DNA from: Octopus bimaculoides
Lineage: Eukaryota
Direction of reading: 5' to 3'
Assembly (NCBI RefSeq): GCF_001194135.2
Contig: NC_069007.1
Coordinates: 21,737,238 to 21,779,602, forward strand
Length of the DNA stretch: 42,365 bases
In this document: piece after piece, positions 34,736 through 42,365 of the stretch
Position numbering within the stretch: position 1 is the stretch's first letter
How the letters are laid out: every line of letters starts with the position of its first letter
The notes under the pieces: model-generated
The model's database searches: none
Told to the model about the DNA's origin: nothing
The model's input: only the letters and a program-made list of their open reading frames with translations
Program-made: the position numbers and the translations under genes

Positions 34736-35226
34736 GTAATAATAACTCTTTCTAATATTGGCACAAGGTCAGCAATTCTGAGGAAAAGGAGGAGAAGCAA
34801 GTTGATTACACTGATTCCAGTACTTGAAGATTAACTGCAACGTTGACCTTACTGGGATTTGAGCTCAGTATGTAAGGAACAGAAAGAAAAGCCACTAAAC
34901 CTTTCATCAATCTCGAAAGGATGAAAGGAGGCAAAGGTGACCTCAGCAAGATTTGAACTCAGAACAGACAGAACCAGAAGAAATTCTGCTTCGCATTTTG
35001 TCCGACATGTTGATGATTCAGCCAGCTTGTTACCTTCTAACCTATCTTACTAATTACCAAAAAAGATCAAATAAAATGAATTAAGATAAAAGATAAATCA
35101 ATCAATGTGGCTGAATCGAAGAAGAGTGAAAGAGTGAAACAATGCAGTTCAATACTCACTTTTGCTCTCATCAGCAGCATGCTGTTTGAGATCAATTATC
35201 ATGGAATATCTGACTTGTTCCTCCAT
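26246..35226 (-). CDS. Multi-exon Ser/Thr protein kinase (non-RD), NIK/Tpl2 (MAP3K14/MAP3K8)-like; about 436-444 aa
   Basis: Hand-spliced chain: 35226-35160, 34237-34205, 33925-33884, 32863-32829, 32751-32579, 32339-32249, 31737-31624, 30913-30787, 29997-29863, 28941-28747, 27845-27685, 26407-26275. All introns are GT-AG with matching phases. Kinase motifs in order: PGGFATSV, FVRKE, REVE, HLDIKPQN, DFG, YAAPE, CDLFSVG, DPSER. Family call rests on recalled similarity (KEIKVSKFRAREVE vs NIK KKVRLEVFRAEEL and Tpl2 KLIPVDQFKPSDVE). The kinase core is solid; the N-terminal joins are less so. Confidence 0.85.
26275..26407 (-). CDS. Kinase exon 12, subdomains X-XI: YSRYPDIMKSLVDAWGSLASLISSLLTGDPSERCSVNDIFVFMK
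   Basis: tactttgaag acceptor in phase 0; DPxxR motif; strong donor A|GTAAGT. Without splicing the frame reads through to TAA at 26246. Confidence 0.85.
26805..27010. mobile_element. Tc1/mariner MITE in kinase intron 11
   Basis: TA-TTTGGTTGGTGCATAATTA ... TAATTATGCACCAACCTAA-TA; inverted arms of about 55 bp; TA TSD. Confidence 0.88.
27685..27845 (-). CDS. Kinase exon 11, subdomain IX: (V)LDMTQDFCKNYHTCSVTEKCDLFSVGLVCLFIKWHNDPWKLLLKQVKYGIPKM
   Basis: ttttgcag acceptor in phase 1; D-x-x-S-x-G motif and DPW; donor ATG|GTATTG in phase 0. Confidence 0.88.
27993..28306 (-). pseudogene. Helitron RepHel Pif1-helicase C-terminal fragment in kinase intron 10
   Basis: QYPVEFLNTLKPTGMPPHNFTLKLGALII, then a +2 TA slip, then LLRNFDPSHLCNGTHL...FIPKIPLIPTDVPFESKTLQFPVKLSFGISTNKSH. 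Confidence 0.9.
28747..28941 (-). CDS. Kinase exon 10, subdomains VIb-VIII: (P)QNVCVYAFQNCIKLKLTDFGASKDANSEFFSEGVTLMYAAPEIHYDCCKKFLLHCDRNSGKYQE
   Basis: ttctacag acceptor; C|CC completes HLDIKPQN; DFG and APE present; donor AAG|GTTGGT; 195 nt. Confidence 0.93.
29863..29997 (-). CDS. Kinase exon 9, subdomain VIa-b: (G)LDLHSAMQMEWNLIIDEQLDSFITQIAEAIYHCNHQNIFHLDIK
   Basis: ctctacag acceptor; donor C|GTGAGT; 135 nt, phase 1-1; catalytic loop HLDIK. Confidence 0.93.
30430..30560 (-). pseudogene. RTE LINE extreme C-terminus remnant in kinase intron 8
   Basis: CGRGKSRKIWDERMRTDLSILNFLEVMAKDEDDW*HTVL, similar to the GRPRKTW...DR..WR terminus. Confidence 0.7.
30787..30913 (-). CDS. Kinase exon 8, subdomains III-V: IKVSKFRAREVEHLCRLNCHNISKILGFCVKSDRYEILLEYC
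   Basis: ttttaccag acceptor; donor G|GTAAGT; alphaC Glu and hinge LLEYC. Confidence 0.92.
31035..31280 (+). mobile_element. SINE family C copy in kinase intron 7
   Basis: ggaagggcatccagctgtagaaa...ccaacccatgctagcatggaaaacggacgttaaacgatgatgatgat. Confidence 0.9.
31624..31737 (-). CDS. Kinase exon 7, subdomains I-II: LCLDDGYLPQGSFTPGGFATSVDLCLDIRSARNFVRKE
   Basis: cttccacag acceptor; donor GAA|GTAATT; Gly-loop-like segment and beta3 Lys. Confidence 0.88.
32249..32339 (-). CDS. Kinase exon 6: NLLHGNNEDILKLLEHRMQYPDTAVVLKDE
   Basis: ctcttttaag acceptor; donor GAG|GTAAGA in phase 0. Confidence 0.8.
32579..32751 (-). CDS. Kinase exon 5: TFSDFHLRDTKRRRNKILSAVWLELTKAFSNVSHKEIQRSSKYSQISATETKDWLKM(R)
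   Basis: ctttccatag acceptor in phase 0 (or ttaag before 32728 in phase 2); donor AG|GTTTGC in phase 2 joins exon 6 in frame. Frame and donor are ambiguous (see findings). Confidence 0.5.
32829..32863 (-). CDS. Kinase exon 4: (D)TSDRNIVNLGD (alternative donor after 32791)
   Basis: gtgtttag|AT acceptor in phase 1; donor GAT|GTGAGA in phase 0, or AA|GTAAAT in phase 2. Confidence 0.55.
32955..33560 (-). mobile_element. Cluster of three SINE family B copies
   Basis: ggatgaaagg(c/t)a(a/g)agt at about 33003, 33281 and 33491, separated by (AAT)n tracts. Confidence 0.85.
33884..33925 (-). CDS. Kinase micro-exon 3 (42 nt): (D)VKNEEEVNVAPAI
   Basis: ttttcag|AT acceptor; donor TTG|GTAAGT; phase 1-1; open frame. 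Confidence 0.7.
34205..34237 (-). CDS. Kinase micro-exon 2 (33 nt): (N)LEDIYKVLAT
   Basis: Poly-T tract then tag|AT; donor CAG|GTAAAG; phase 1-1; open frame. Confidence 0.7.
34520..35035 (-). mobile_element. Cluster of SINE family B copies (2-3)
   Basis: ggcaaagttaacctcggcagaatttgaactcagaac (about 34621) and ggcaaaggtgacctcagcaagatttgaactcagaac (about 34930). Confidence 0.85.
35160..35226 (-). CDS. Kinase coding exon 1 (start): MEEQVRYSMIIDLKQHAADESK
   Basis: GCAGCCATGG Kozak context, in-frame TGA five codons upstream, acceptor tttcag before 35255, donor A|GTGAGT in phase 1. Confidence 0.7.
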
Positions 35227-35569
35227 GGCTGCAAAACTATCTCACTTTCTTTCTTCTGAAATGTAATATAACATAATATAAATTGATACAATATAATATA
35301 GTATGATATAATATAAAGATAAGTATAAAATGAAGTAATATATTTATGTCAGGTTGGTATAAAAACTATAACAGTTGTTAATCATAAACTTTGAAGCAAT
35401 ATATCTCAGCTTGGAATAAATTATATACATACATCACTTTGATCACATTAACCATCACATATCTATCAATTATTTCCGCATCCTAACCGATGCATCTATC
35501 TATATTCACATTCTGAAGAGATTTGTCCCGCAGCACTACTTTGCAAGCAATGTAGATGTGGTCTTTACC

Positions 35570-35856
35570 TATAACTTAGTGCTTTGGTTAAAAGAGACCA
35601 ACAGACTAAGTATCTGGTTTTAAAAAAAATGAAAAATTTCCAGGGTTGATTTGTTTGACTAAAACTTTTCAAGGCGGTGCAGCACCATGGCTGCAGTCTA
35701 TTGACTGAAATATGCTTCCCAACCAGATGGCTCTGGGTTCAGTTCCACTTCGTGGCACCTTGGGCATGTGTCTTCTACTATAGCCCCGGGCCGACCAAAG
35801 ACTTGTGAGTGGATTTGGTAGACAGAAACTGAAAGAAGCCCATCATGTATATATAC

Positions 35857-35913
<57 letters not shown>

Positions 35914-36180
35914 TATATGTGTGTNNNNNNNNNNNNNNNNNNNNTATATATACATATATATATATACACACACATATATGTGTGTATGTTTGTCCCCCCC
36001 CCCCCCACCATCACTTGATAACCGATGCTAGTGTGTTTACGTCTCTGTAACTTAGCGGTTCGGCAAAATTGTCCGATAGAATAAGTATTAGGCTAACAAA
36101 GAATAAGTTCTTCGGTCGATTTGTTCGATGAAAGGCGGTGCTCCAGCATGGCCGCAGGCAAATGACTGAAAACAAATAAA
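35570..36180 (+). mobile_element. SINE family A: a 3' fragment followed head-to-tail by a near-complete copy with a central microsatellite
   Basis: 3' module at 35570-35710, head at 35710-35845, (TA)n with a short gap, 3' module at 36010-36180. Confidence 0.88.
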
Positions 36181-37010
36181 AGGGCAAAGTCTTTATCTCA
36201 ACTCGGCGTTCCACAACTTGCGAACCGTCCGACTGCTTTTGGGACAAGAGTAACAAAGAAGAAAAGAAGAAAAAAGTAACAGAAAGCGTGACAACAGCAA
36301 CAACAAGAAGAACAACAGTGAGGTGAAGCCAGCTTACCTTTCCTTTTGTATTGTAATGTGGAGGGAGAGAGTATTACGAGTTCGGTCCGGGGCTAGTTTT
36401 ATTTTCACAGTGTTAATTACACAGATACACACACACAGCTCACGTGCGGGGGAAATAGACAGGCAGCCGGACGGTCAGCCGGACAGACAGATGGAAGCAC
36501 TGCCGTCGCACGTTGGATAGCCATGACAACACAATGACGTTCGGTGTGCGCATTTGGGCGTGTGGGTGATGTATGCATGCATGCATGTATGTATATATGT
36601 GTGTGATGTATGTATGTACGTATGTATTATCCGTTGACAAGAAAAGTATTGACAATGAAGTTTCGGACAGTCCGATAAAGATTATGCTGGCCGAAACTTC
36701 GAAGTCACTGTCAACACACACTGTTCTTGTAGAAGAAGAATAAATATGTGTAGACCAACAGCTACTGTGTGTGTGTGTGCGTGTGTATGCATCAGGAATC
36801 TTGCAACACAAATTCGTGTATGTGTGTATGTGTTTATGTGCGTTAGTGTGTGTGTGTGTGTGTGTAAATATATACAAAAATATCTCAACTTACGTTTTCG
36901 AGTTACGTCTTTTTTGTCTCTATGTTCCGTTTTCGTTTTTTATAGAAATTAATGGGGAAGAAAAAGGACATCGATTTCGGTCAGTGTTATTCACTTAACG
37001 TCGCTCTCAG
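36180..37010 (-). promoter_or_regulatory. Candidate promoter and 5'-UTR exon region of the kinase
   Basis: Locally CpG-richer non-SINE sequence 1-1.8 kb upstream of the ATG exon, with two strong minus-strand donors (AAG|GTAAGC after 36338; AAC|GTAAGT after 36894). Confidence 0.45.
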
Positions 37011-37559
37011 CAAAAACAATTATCTAAATATAAAAAAAAAAAAATATTTAAAACAAAAGAAAAAGACTTAGAAGTGGAGAAATGAAATGAAATGTATGTG
37101 AAATTATGTAGAAACCTTTTATTAAAACAGATATAAGCAAAAAAAAAAAAAAAAATNNNNNNNNNNNNNNNNNNNNNNNNNNNNNNNNNNNNNNNNNNNN
37201 NNNNNNNNNNNNNNNNNNNNNNNNNNNNNNNNNNNNNNNNNNNNNNNNNNNNNNNNNNNNNNNNNNNNNNNNNNNNNNNNNNNNNNNNNNNNNNNNNNNN
37301 NNNNNNNNNNNNNNNNNNNNNNNNNNNNNNNNNNNNNNNNNNNNNNNNNNNNNNNNNNNNNNNNNNNNNNNNNNNNNNNNNNNNNNNNNNNNNNNNNNNN
37401 NNNNNNNNNNNNNNNNNNNNNNNNNNNNNNNNNNNNNNNNNNNNNNNNNNNNNNNNNNNNNNNNNNNNNNNNNNNNNNNNNNNNNNNNNNNNNNNNNNNT
37501 ATATATATATATATATATATATGCATATATATATATATATGTATATATACACACACTCC

Positions 37560-37700
37560 TTTACTTGTTTCAGTCATTTGACTGCGGCCATGCTGGAGCA
37601 CCGCCTTGAAGGGCTTTTGGTCGAACAAATCGACCCCAGGACTTTTTTAAAGCATGGTACTTATTCTATCGGTCACTTATGCCAAACTGCTACGTTACGA
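37560..37700 (-). mobile_element. SINE family A 3' fragment
   Basis: tttcagtcatttgactgcggccatgctggagcaccgcc...aaatcgaccccaggact. Confidence 0.88.
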
Positions 37701-37759
37701 GGAGAACCCACGATCTTGAAATCATGAGGGATACACCCTAACCACTAAGCCATGCCCCA

Positions 37760-38037
37760 TTCGAACGTAGTCGTTGCCAGTGCCACCAGACTGGCTCCTG
37801 TGCAGGTGGCACGTAAAAAGCACCATTTGAGCGTAGCCGATGCCAGTACCACTAGACTGGCCCTCATGCTGGTGGCATGTAAAAAGCACCCACTACTGGC
37901 GTTAAGAAGAGCATTCAGCTGTAGAAACTCTGCCAGATCAGATTGGAGTCTGGTGCAGCCATCTGGTTCGCCGGTCCTCAGTCAAACCGTCCAACCCATG
38001 CTAGCATGGAAAGCGGACGTTAAACGATGATGATGAT
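37760..38037 (+). mobile_element. SINE family C copy
   Basis: Ends ccaacccatgctagcatggaaagcggacgttaaacgatgatgatgat; internal repeats of gtggca(c/t)gtaaaaagcacc. Confidence 0.9.
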
Positions 38038-38212
38038 TGGCAATACTACAAATAAAGATTACTCCAAAGTAGTAATAGCATTACCTTTAATTGGATAATC
38101 ATATACAGCCTTTGAGACCAACAGGTTTCAATTGCATCGATTAATTAACATTGCAATTGCATTGAATTACATTTGGAATACCTGGGTGGAAGAATCCCTT
38201 ACTTTATATATA

Positions 38213-38438
38213 TCATCATCATCATCGTTTAACGTCCGCTTTCCATGCTAGCATGGGTTGGACGATTTGACTGAGGACTGGTGAAACCGGATGGCAACAC
38301 CAGGCTCCAGTCTGATTTGGCAGAGTTTCTACAGCTGGATGCCCTTCCTAACGCCAACCACTCAGAGAGTGTAGTGGGTGCTTTTACGTGTCACCCGCAC
38401 GAAAACGGCCACGCTCGAAATGGTGTCTTTTATGTGCC
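38213..38438 (-). mobile_element. SINE family C copy, inverted relative to 37760-38037
   Basis: atcatcatcatcatcgtttaacgtccgctttccatgctagcatgggttggacg; runs into a gap. Confidence 0.9.
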
Positions 38439-39071
38439 NNNNNNNNNNNNNNNNNNNNNNNNNNNNNNNNNNNNNNNNNNNNNNNNNNNNNNNNNNNNNN
38501 NNNNNNNNNNNNNNNNNNNNNNNNNNNNNNNNNNNNNNNNNNNNNNNNNNNNNNNNNNNNNNNNNNNNNNNNNNNNNNNNNNNNNNNNNNNNNNNNNNNN
38601 NNNNNNNNNNNNNNNNNNNNNNNNNNNNNNNNNNNNNNNNNNNNNNNNNNNNNNNNNNNNNNNNNNNNNNNNNNNNNNNNNNNNNNNNNNNNNNNNNNNN
38701 NNNNNNNNNNNNNNNNNNNNNNNNNNNNNNNNNNNNNNNNNNNNNNNNNNNNNNNNNNNNNNNNNNNNNNNNNNNNNNNNNNNNNNNNNNNNNNNNNNNN
38801 NNNNNNNNNNNNNNNNNNNNNNNNNNNNNNNNNNNNNNNNNNNNNNNNNNNNNNNNNNNNNNNNNNNNNNNNNNNNNNNNNNNNNNNNNNNNNNNNNNNN
38901 NNNNNNNNNNNNNNNNNNNNNNNNNNNNNNNNNNNNNNNNNNNNNNNNNNNNNNNNNNNNNNNNNNNNNNNNNNNNNNNNNNNNNNNNNNNNNNNNNNNN
39001 NNNNNNNNNNNNNNNNNNNNNNNNNNNNNNNNNNNNNNNNNNNNNNNNNNNNNNNNNNNNNNNNNNNNNNN

Positions 39072-39420
39072 GGTTCCGGGTCCAGTCGCACTGCTTGGCA
39101 TCTTGGGCAAGTGTCTTCTACTATAGTCTCGGGCCGACCAAAGCCTTATGAGTGGATTTGGTAGACGGAAACTGAAAGAAGCCCATCGTATATATGTATA
39201 TATATATGTATGTTTGTGTGTCTCTGCTTGTCCCTCCAGCATGGCTTGACAACCGATGCTGGTGTGTTTACGTCCCCGTAACTTAGCGGTTCAGCAAAAA
39301 AGAGACCGATAGAATAAGTACTGGGCTTACAAAGAATAAGTCCTGGGGTCAATTCGCTCGACTAAAGGCGGTGCTCCAGCATGGCCACAGTCAAATGACT
39401 GAAACAAGTAAAAGAGTTAA
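39072..39420 (+). mobile_element. SINE family A copy
   Basis: ggttccgggtccagtc...gtagacggaaactgaaagaagccc-(TA)n-gcttgacaaccgatgctgg...aaatgactgaaacaagtaaaagag. Confidence 0.92.
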
Positions 39421-39719
39421 GAGAGTATATTTATATATTAACAAAGAAAACTTACACAGAAAATTAGAGGGAGAATGTATAGGGTTACGGATCCGAGAGC
39501 TGTTTCTAGGGTCTTGGAATCACACCACAATTTTCATCGATGTAGATCACAAAAAAACTCAAGAATATACAACCAGTAATGGAAGCATACAAACAACAGG
39601 TCGACATGGTTTCTATCTCCAGAGTGGAGAATTAGGAAGCTAACCGAGTTAAAAGCATTTAATGTTGATCCAAAAATAGTTGCAGGTTAGTGTGGGGAAT
39701 TTGCGCAGGTAGCCCTAAA

Positions 39720-39970
39720 AAAACACCTTTTGAGCATGGTTGTTGCCAGAACCGCCTGACTGGCTCTCGTGATGGTGGCACGTAACAGCACCCACTTCAC
39801 TCTCGGAGTGGTTGGCGTTAGGAAGGGCATCCAGCTGTAGAAACTTTGCCAGATCAGACTGGAGCTGGTGCAGCCTTCTGGCTCGCCAGTCCTCAGTCGA
39901 ACCGTCCAACCCATGCCAACATAGAAAGTGGACGTTAAACGACGACGACGATGATGATGATGATGATGAT
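39720..39970 (+). mobile_element. SINE family C copy
   Basis: ggaagggcatccagctgtagaaac...gtggacgttaaacgacgacgacgatgatgat. Confidence 0.88.
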
Positions 39971-40799
39971 GCATGTAATATTTATGCAAACAAAGGGTCT
40001 AAGCCAGAGATGGGGAAACTCCCGCTCATGGGTGCAATTGTGCCCACGAGCCCATTTTATTGCGTGTGCAGGTTGCTGTACTTGTATGTATAAAATAAAG
40101 TAAAGTTTTTCAATCATAAAATTTATACAATACTCATATTCCTCTTTGTGACATAGGTCACGTTTCCACCATGACTTAAAACGGTTAGGCTCGAACAGAA
40201 AATCTGGTAATTCTGATTTGAACGGAAATTTTGTTTCCACTATAAAACACATATTGCTGTGTTTGTACCACACCCTTCAGACCCAACTACATAAACTAGC
40301 TGAAGAATATAGAATACCTCATGAGTAATATAATGGTCCTAAATTCAGTGGTAGCATCAATGAAGATGTTACGCATTAATTTTATGTCTTAAACTTATTT
40401 TTATTAATATATATCAAACTATACATAAATATATACAAGATTTACACAGATATAAGAGTTAGAACTTGTGATCTGCCCGCAGACCTTTTTCTTTGGAAAA
40501 TTTTGCCCACCGCACTAAAAAGTTTCCCCACCCCTGCTCTAAGCATTTGGTTGACCTGCTAGAAATAGCAGCCTGAACTTCCTGCAACAACACAATTATC
40601 TTTCGATCTTGAAGGTTATCAGTAGTCTAATGTTGTGTAACATTAAATGCTTCGGCTAACATCTTTATTATTAATTTCTAGATGAATTAAATGAATGCGA
40701 TTTGCGTCATCAGCATGCTCATATTAATATCAGACGACATATTTAAAAAAAAAAATAATCTTGTCAAATTTTCAAAAACTTCAAGTGATTGCATGTGTG

Positions 40800-41000
40800 T
40801 GTGTTTGTCCCCCCAAAAATTGCTTGACAACCGATGTTGGTGTGTTTACGTCACTGTAACTTAGCAGTTCGGCAAGGCAGACCGATAGAATAAGTACTAG
40901 ACTTAAAAAGAATAAGTCCTGGGGTCGATTTGCTCGACTTAAAGTGGCGCTCCAACATGGGCGCAGTCAAATGACTAACAAGTAAAAGAGTAAAAGAATA
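40800..41000 (+). mobile_element. SINE family A 3' half
   Basis: gcttgacaaccgatgttggtgtgtttacgtc...agaataagtcctggggtcgatttgctcgact. Confidence 0.88.
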
Positions 41001-41015
41001 TGAATATACATTATA

Positions 41016-41142
41016 CAGGGTGTCCATAAAGTCTGGGTCCATGGGGATTAACACGTACTTTAAGAAATTACTATTTCTTATATTTAATTGTTTATGTTAT
41101 GATTTTATTTACTCTATGTACCCAGACCTTGTGGACACCCTG
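41016..41142. mobile_element. Tc1/mariner-type mini-MITE (127 bp)
   Basis: TA-CAGGGTGTCCATAAAGTCTGGGT ... ACCCAGACCTTGTGGACACCCTG-TA. Confidence 0.88.
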
Positions 41143-41481
41143 TATATATCTCCATACACACATATATATATGCACACGCAGACACACACACACAAGAGAC
41201 AGAGATGATGTAATATATTTGTATAGATAAATATATGTAAATATATATGTGTGTGTGTGTGTTTGAGAGAGAGAGAAAATATAGAGAATGAAAAAGGCAA
41301 ATAGAAACTACATATGCTTCATAGCTAAACAATGTTTATTCGCTCTAACTTTTAATACGAAATCCGTTTCACTAATTCTCAGGTCAGATTACCTCAAAAT
41401 GTTTACATTGTTGCTTGGAGATGAATGAATAAAATGGTTCACCAATCTAGCCGCAGAACAAATGGCACATTACAAACAAAA

Positions 41482-41519
<38 letters not shown>

Positions 41520-41756
41520 AATGACCAGTGAGATAAATTGTTAGTAGACAAGTAGCCATATAAGGAAAAAAGGTGGACGTGTTTACAGGTATCAGATTAG
41601 GAAAAGAAGGAGAGGCCAGGTGTGGCAGGAAGGTGTGACTGGAAGGACAAATGGGAATGAGAGACAAGGCGGGGGGGTCAAAAAAAAATCTTTAGCTTGT
41701 CCACCATTGTTGTTCTTTCTGTACAACTTGAACTGTGTGTGTATAAATATTCTTTC

Positions 41757-41985
41757 ATTTCTTTCAGTCATTTGACTGCGGCCATGCTGGAGCACCACCT
41801 TCAGCCGAGCAAATCAACCCCAGGATTTATTCTTTGTAAGCCTAGTACTTATTCTAGCATGGTTTGATGGAGGACTGACAAGCTAGTAGGCTGCACCAGG
41901 TTCCAATCTAATCTGGCAAGGTTTCTACAGCAGGATGCCCTTCCTAATGCCATCTACTCCGAGAGTGTAGTGGGTGCTTTTTATA
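41757..41985 (-). mobile_element. Fused SINE family A 3' fragment and SINE family C fragment
   Basis: The family A module breaks at gtacttattct and continues directly with agcatggtttgatgg...ggatgcccttcctaatgcc. Confidence 0.75.
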
Positions 41986-41994
41986 TGTGTGTAT

Positions 41995-42200
41995 ATAGTA
42001 TTAATTTTAGCCTTAAATGGGAAATTATAAGAAAAGCTCAACCTTATAGAAATAATAGATATGGATGTGAATTGTGTTCTATGGAAATATATGAAATTTT
42101 TAAACTTAGGAACAATCCTAATCTAATCAATAATAGATTAGACCTTAGGGTATCATGTGTGCATTGCTCTACTCGCACTTTTAAATTTTTTAAAAAATAG
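41995..42200 (+). pseudogene. Penelope-like element, GIY-YIG C-terminal remnant
   Basis: NFSLKWEIIRKAQPYRNNRYGCELCSMEIYEIFKLRNNPNLINNRLDLRVSCVH, similar to the recalled PLE terminus (W.I...A..Y.....C.LC..E....LN.R.E....C.H). Confidence 0.75.
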
Positions 42201-42365
42201 GACTTTTATTTAAATAACTAAAGTTATCAAAATTTATAGTACCTTACTTCTATTATAGTCATCTAGAACTATCAACTAGCACATATTTATTTTGGTAATT
42301 GAAACTTTACAACATATATTCCTGATCTCTATCCTTAACATCTAATCTACTTAAATCAGTCATCA

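Larger units (their letters stand above)
6853..39071. other. Assembly gaps (N runs) scattered over this span
   Basis: 6853-7400, 10666-10834, 11888-12112, 16556-17216, 18196-19059, 22394-22403, 26697-26706, about 35925-35944, 37157-37499, 38439-39071. Most abut microsatellites or SINEs. Confidence 0.98.

Noticed and set aside
39371-40340. ORFs 39371-39643 and 39935-40273 as genes
   Set aside because: Both start inside or end inside SINEs and show no motif or consistent splice signals. They are probably unidentified TE debris.
2307-41798. The many ORF-track entries rich in [12 protein letters not shown] or LSIY, and the ORFs spanning X runs
   Set aside because: They are translations of dinucleotide or tetranucleotide microsatellites and of N gaps, not genes.

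Overview
AT-rich, microsatellite- and SINE-dense eukaryotic DNA with about 10 assembly gaps. The SINE repertoire looks like a coleoid cephalopod, most likely Octopus (inference from recalled repeat families, not a database hit). I can reconstruct one protein-coding gene, which the ORF track does not show as a unit: a minus-strand Ser/Thr kinase of about 12 coding exons (ATG at 35226, last kinase exon at 26275-26407, about 436-444 aa). It has a phase-consistent GT-AG chain, intact beta3-Lys, alphaC-Glu, HLDIKPQN, DFG and APE motifs, and resembles the NIK(MAP3K14)/Tpl2(MAP3K8) group. Its oddities are two N-terminal micro-exons made by a 325-bp tandem duplication, a roughly 30-aa Cys/His-rich insert after APE, and a competing donor that would create a stop codon. 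The rest is transposon debris: RTE, RLE-type, Penelope and Gypsy retroelements, a Helitron helicase fragment, hAT, piggyBac and mariner MITEs, and at least four SINE families. Less obvious signals are several hammerhead-ribozyme-like motifs from different repeats, one nearly intact (11224-11266, minus), and two motif arrays 3' of the kinase (GTCACATGAC E-box and TGACATCA CRE-like). Exon, TIR and motif boundaries were counted by hand; SINE and remnant boundaries are approximate (about +/-20 nt).
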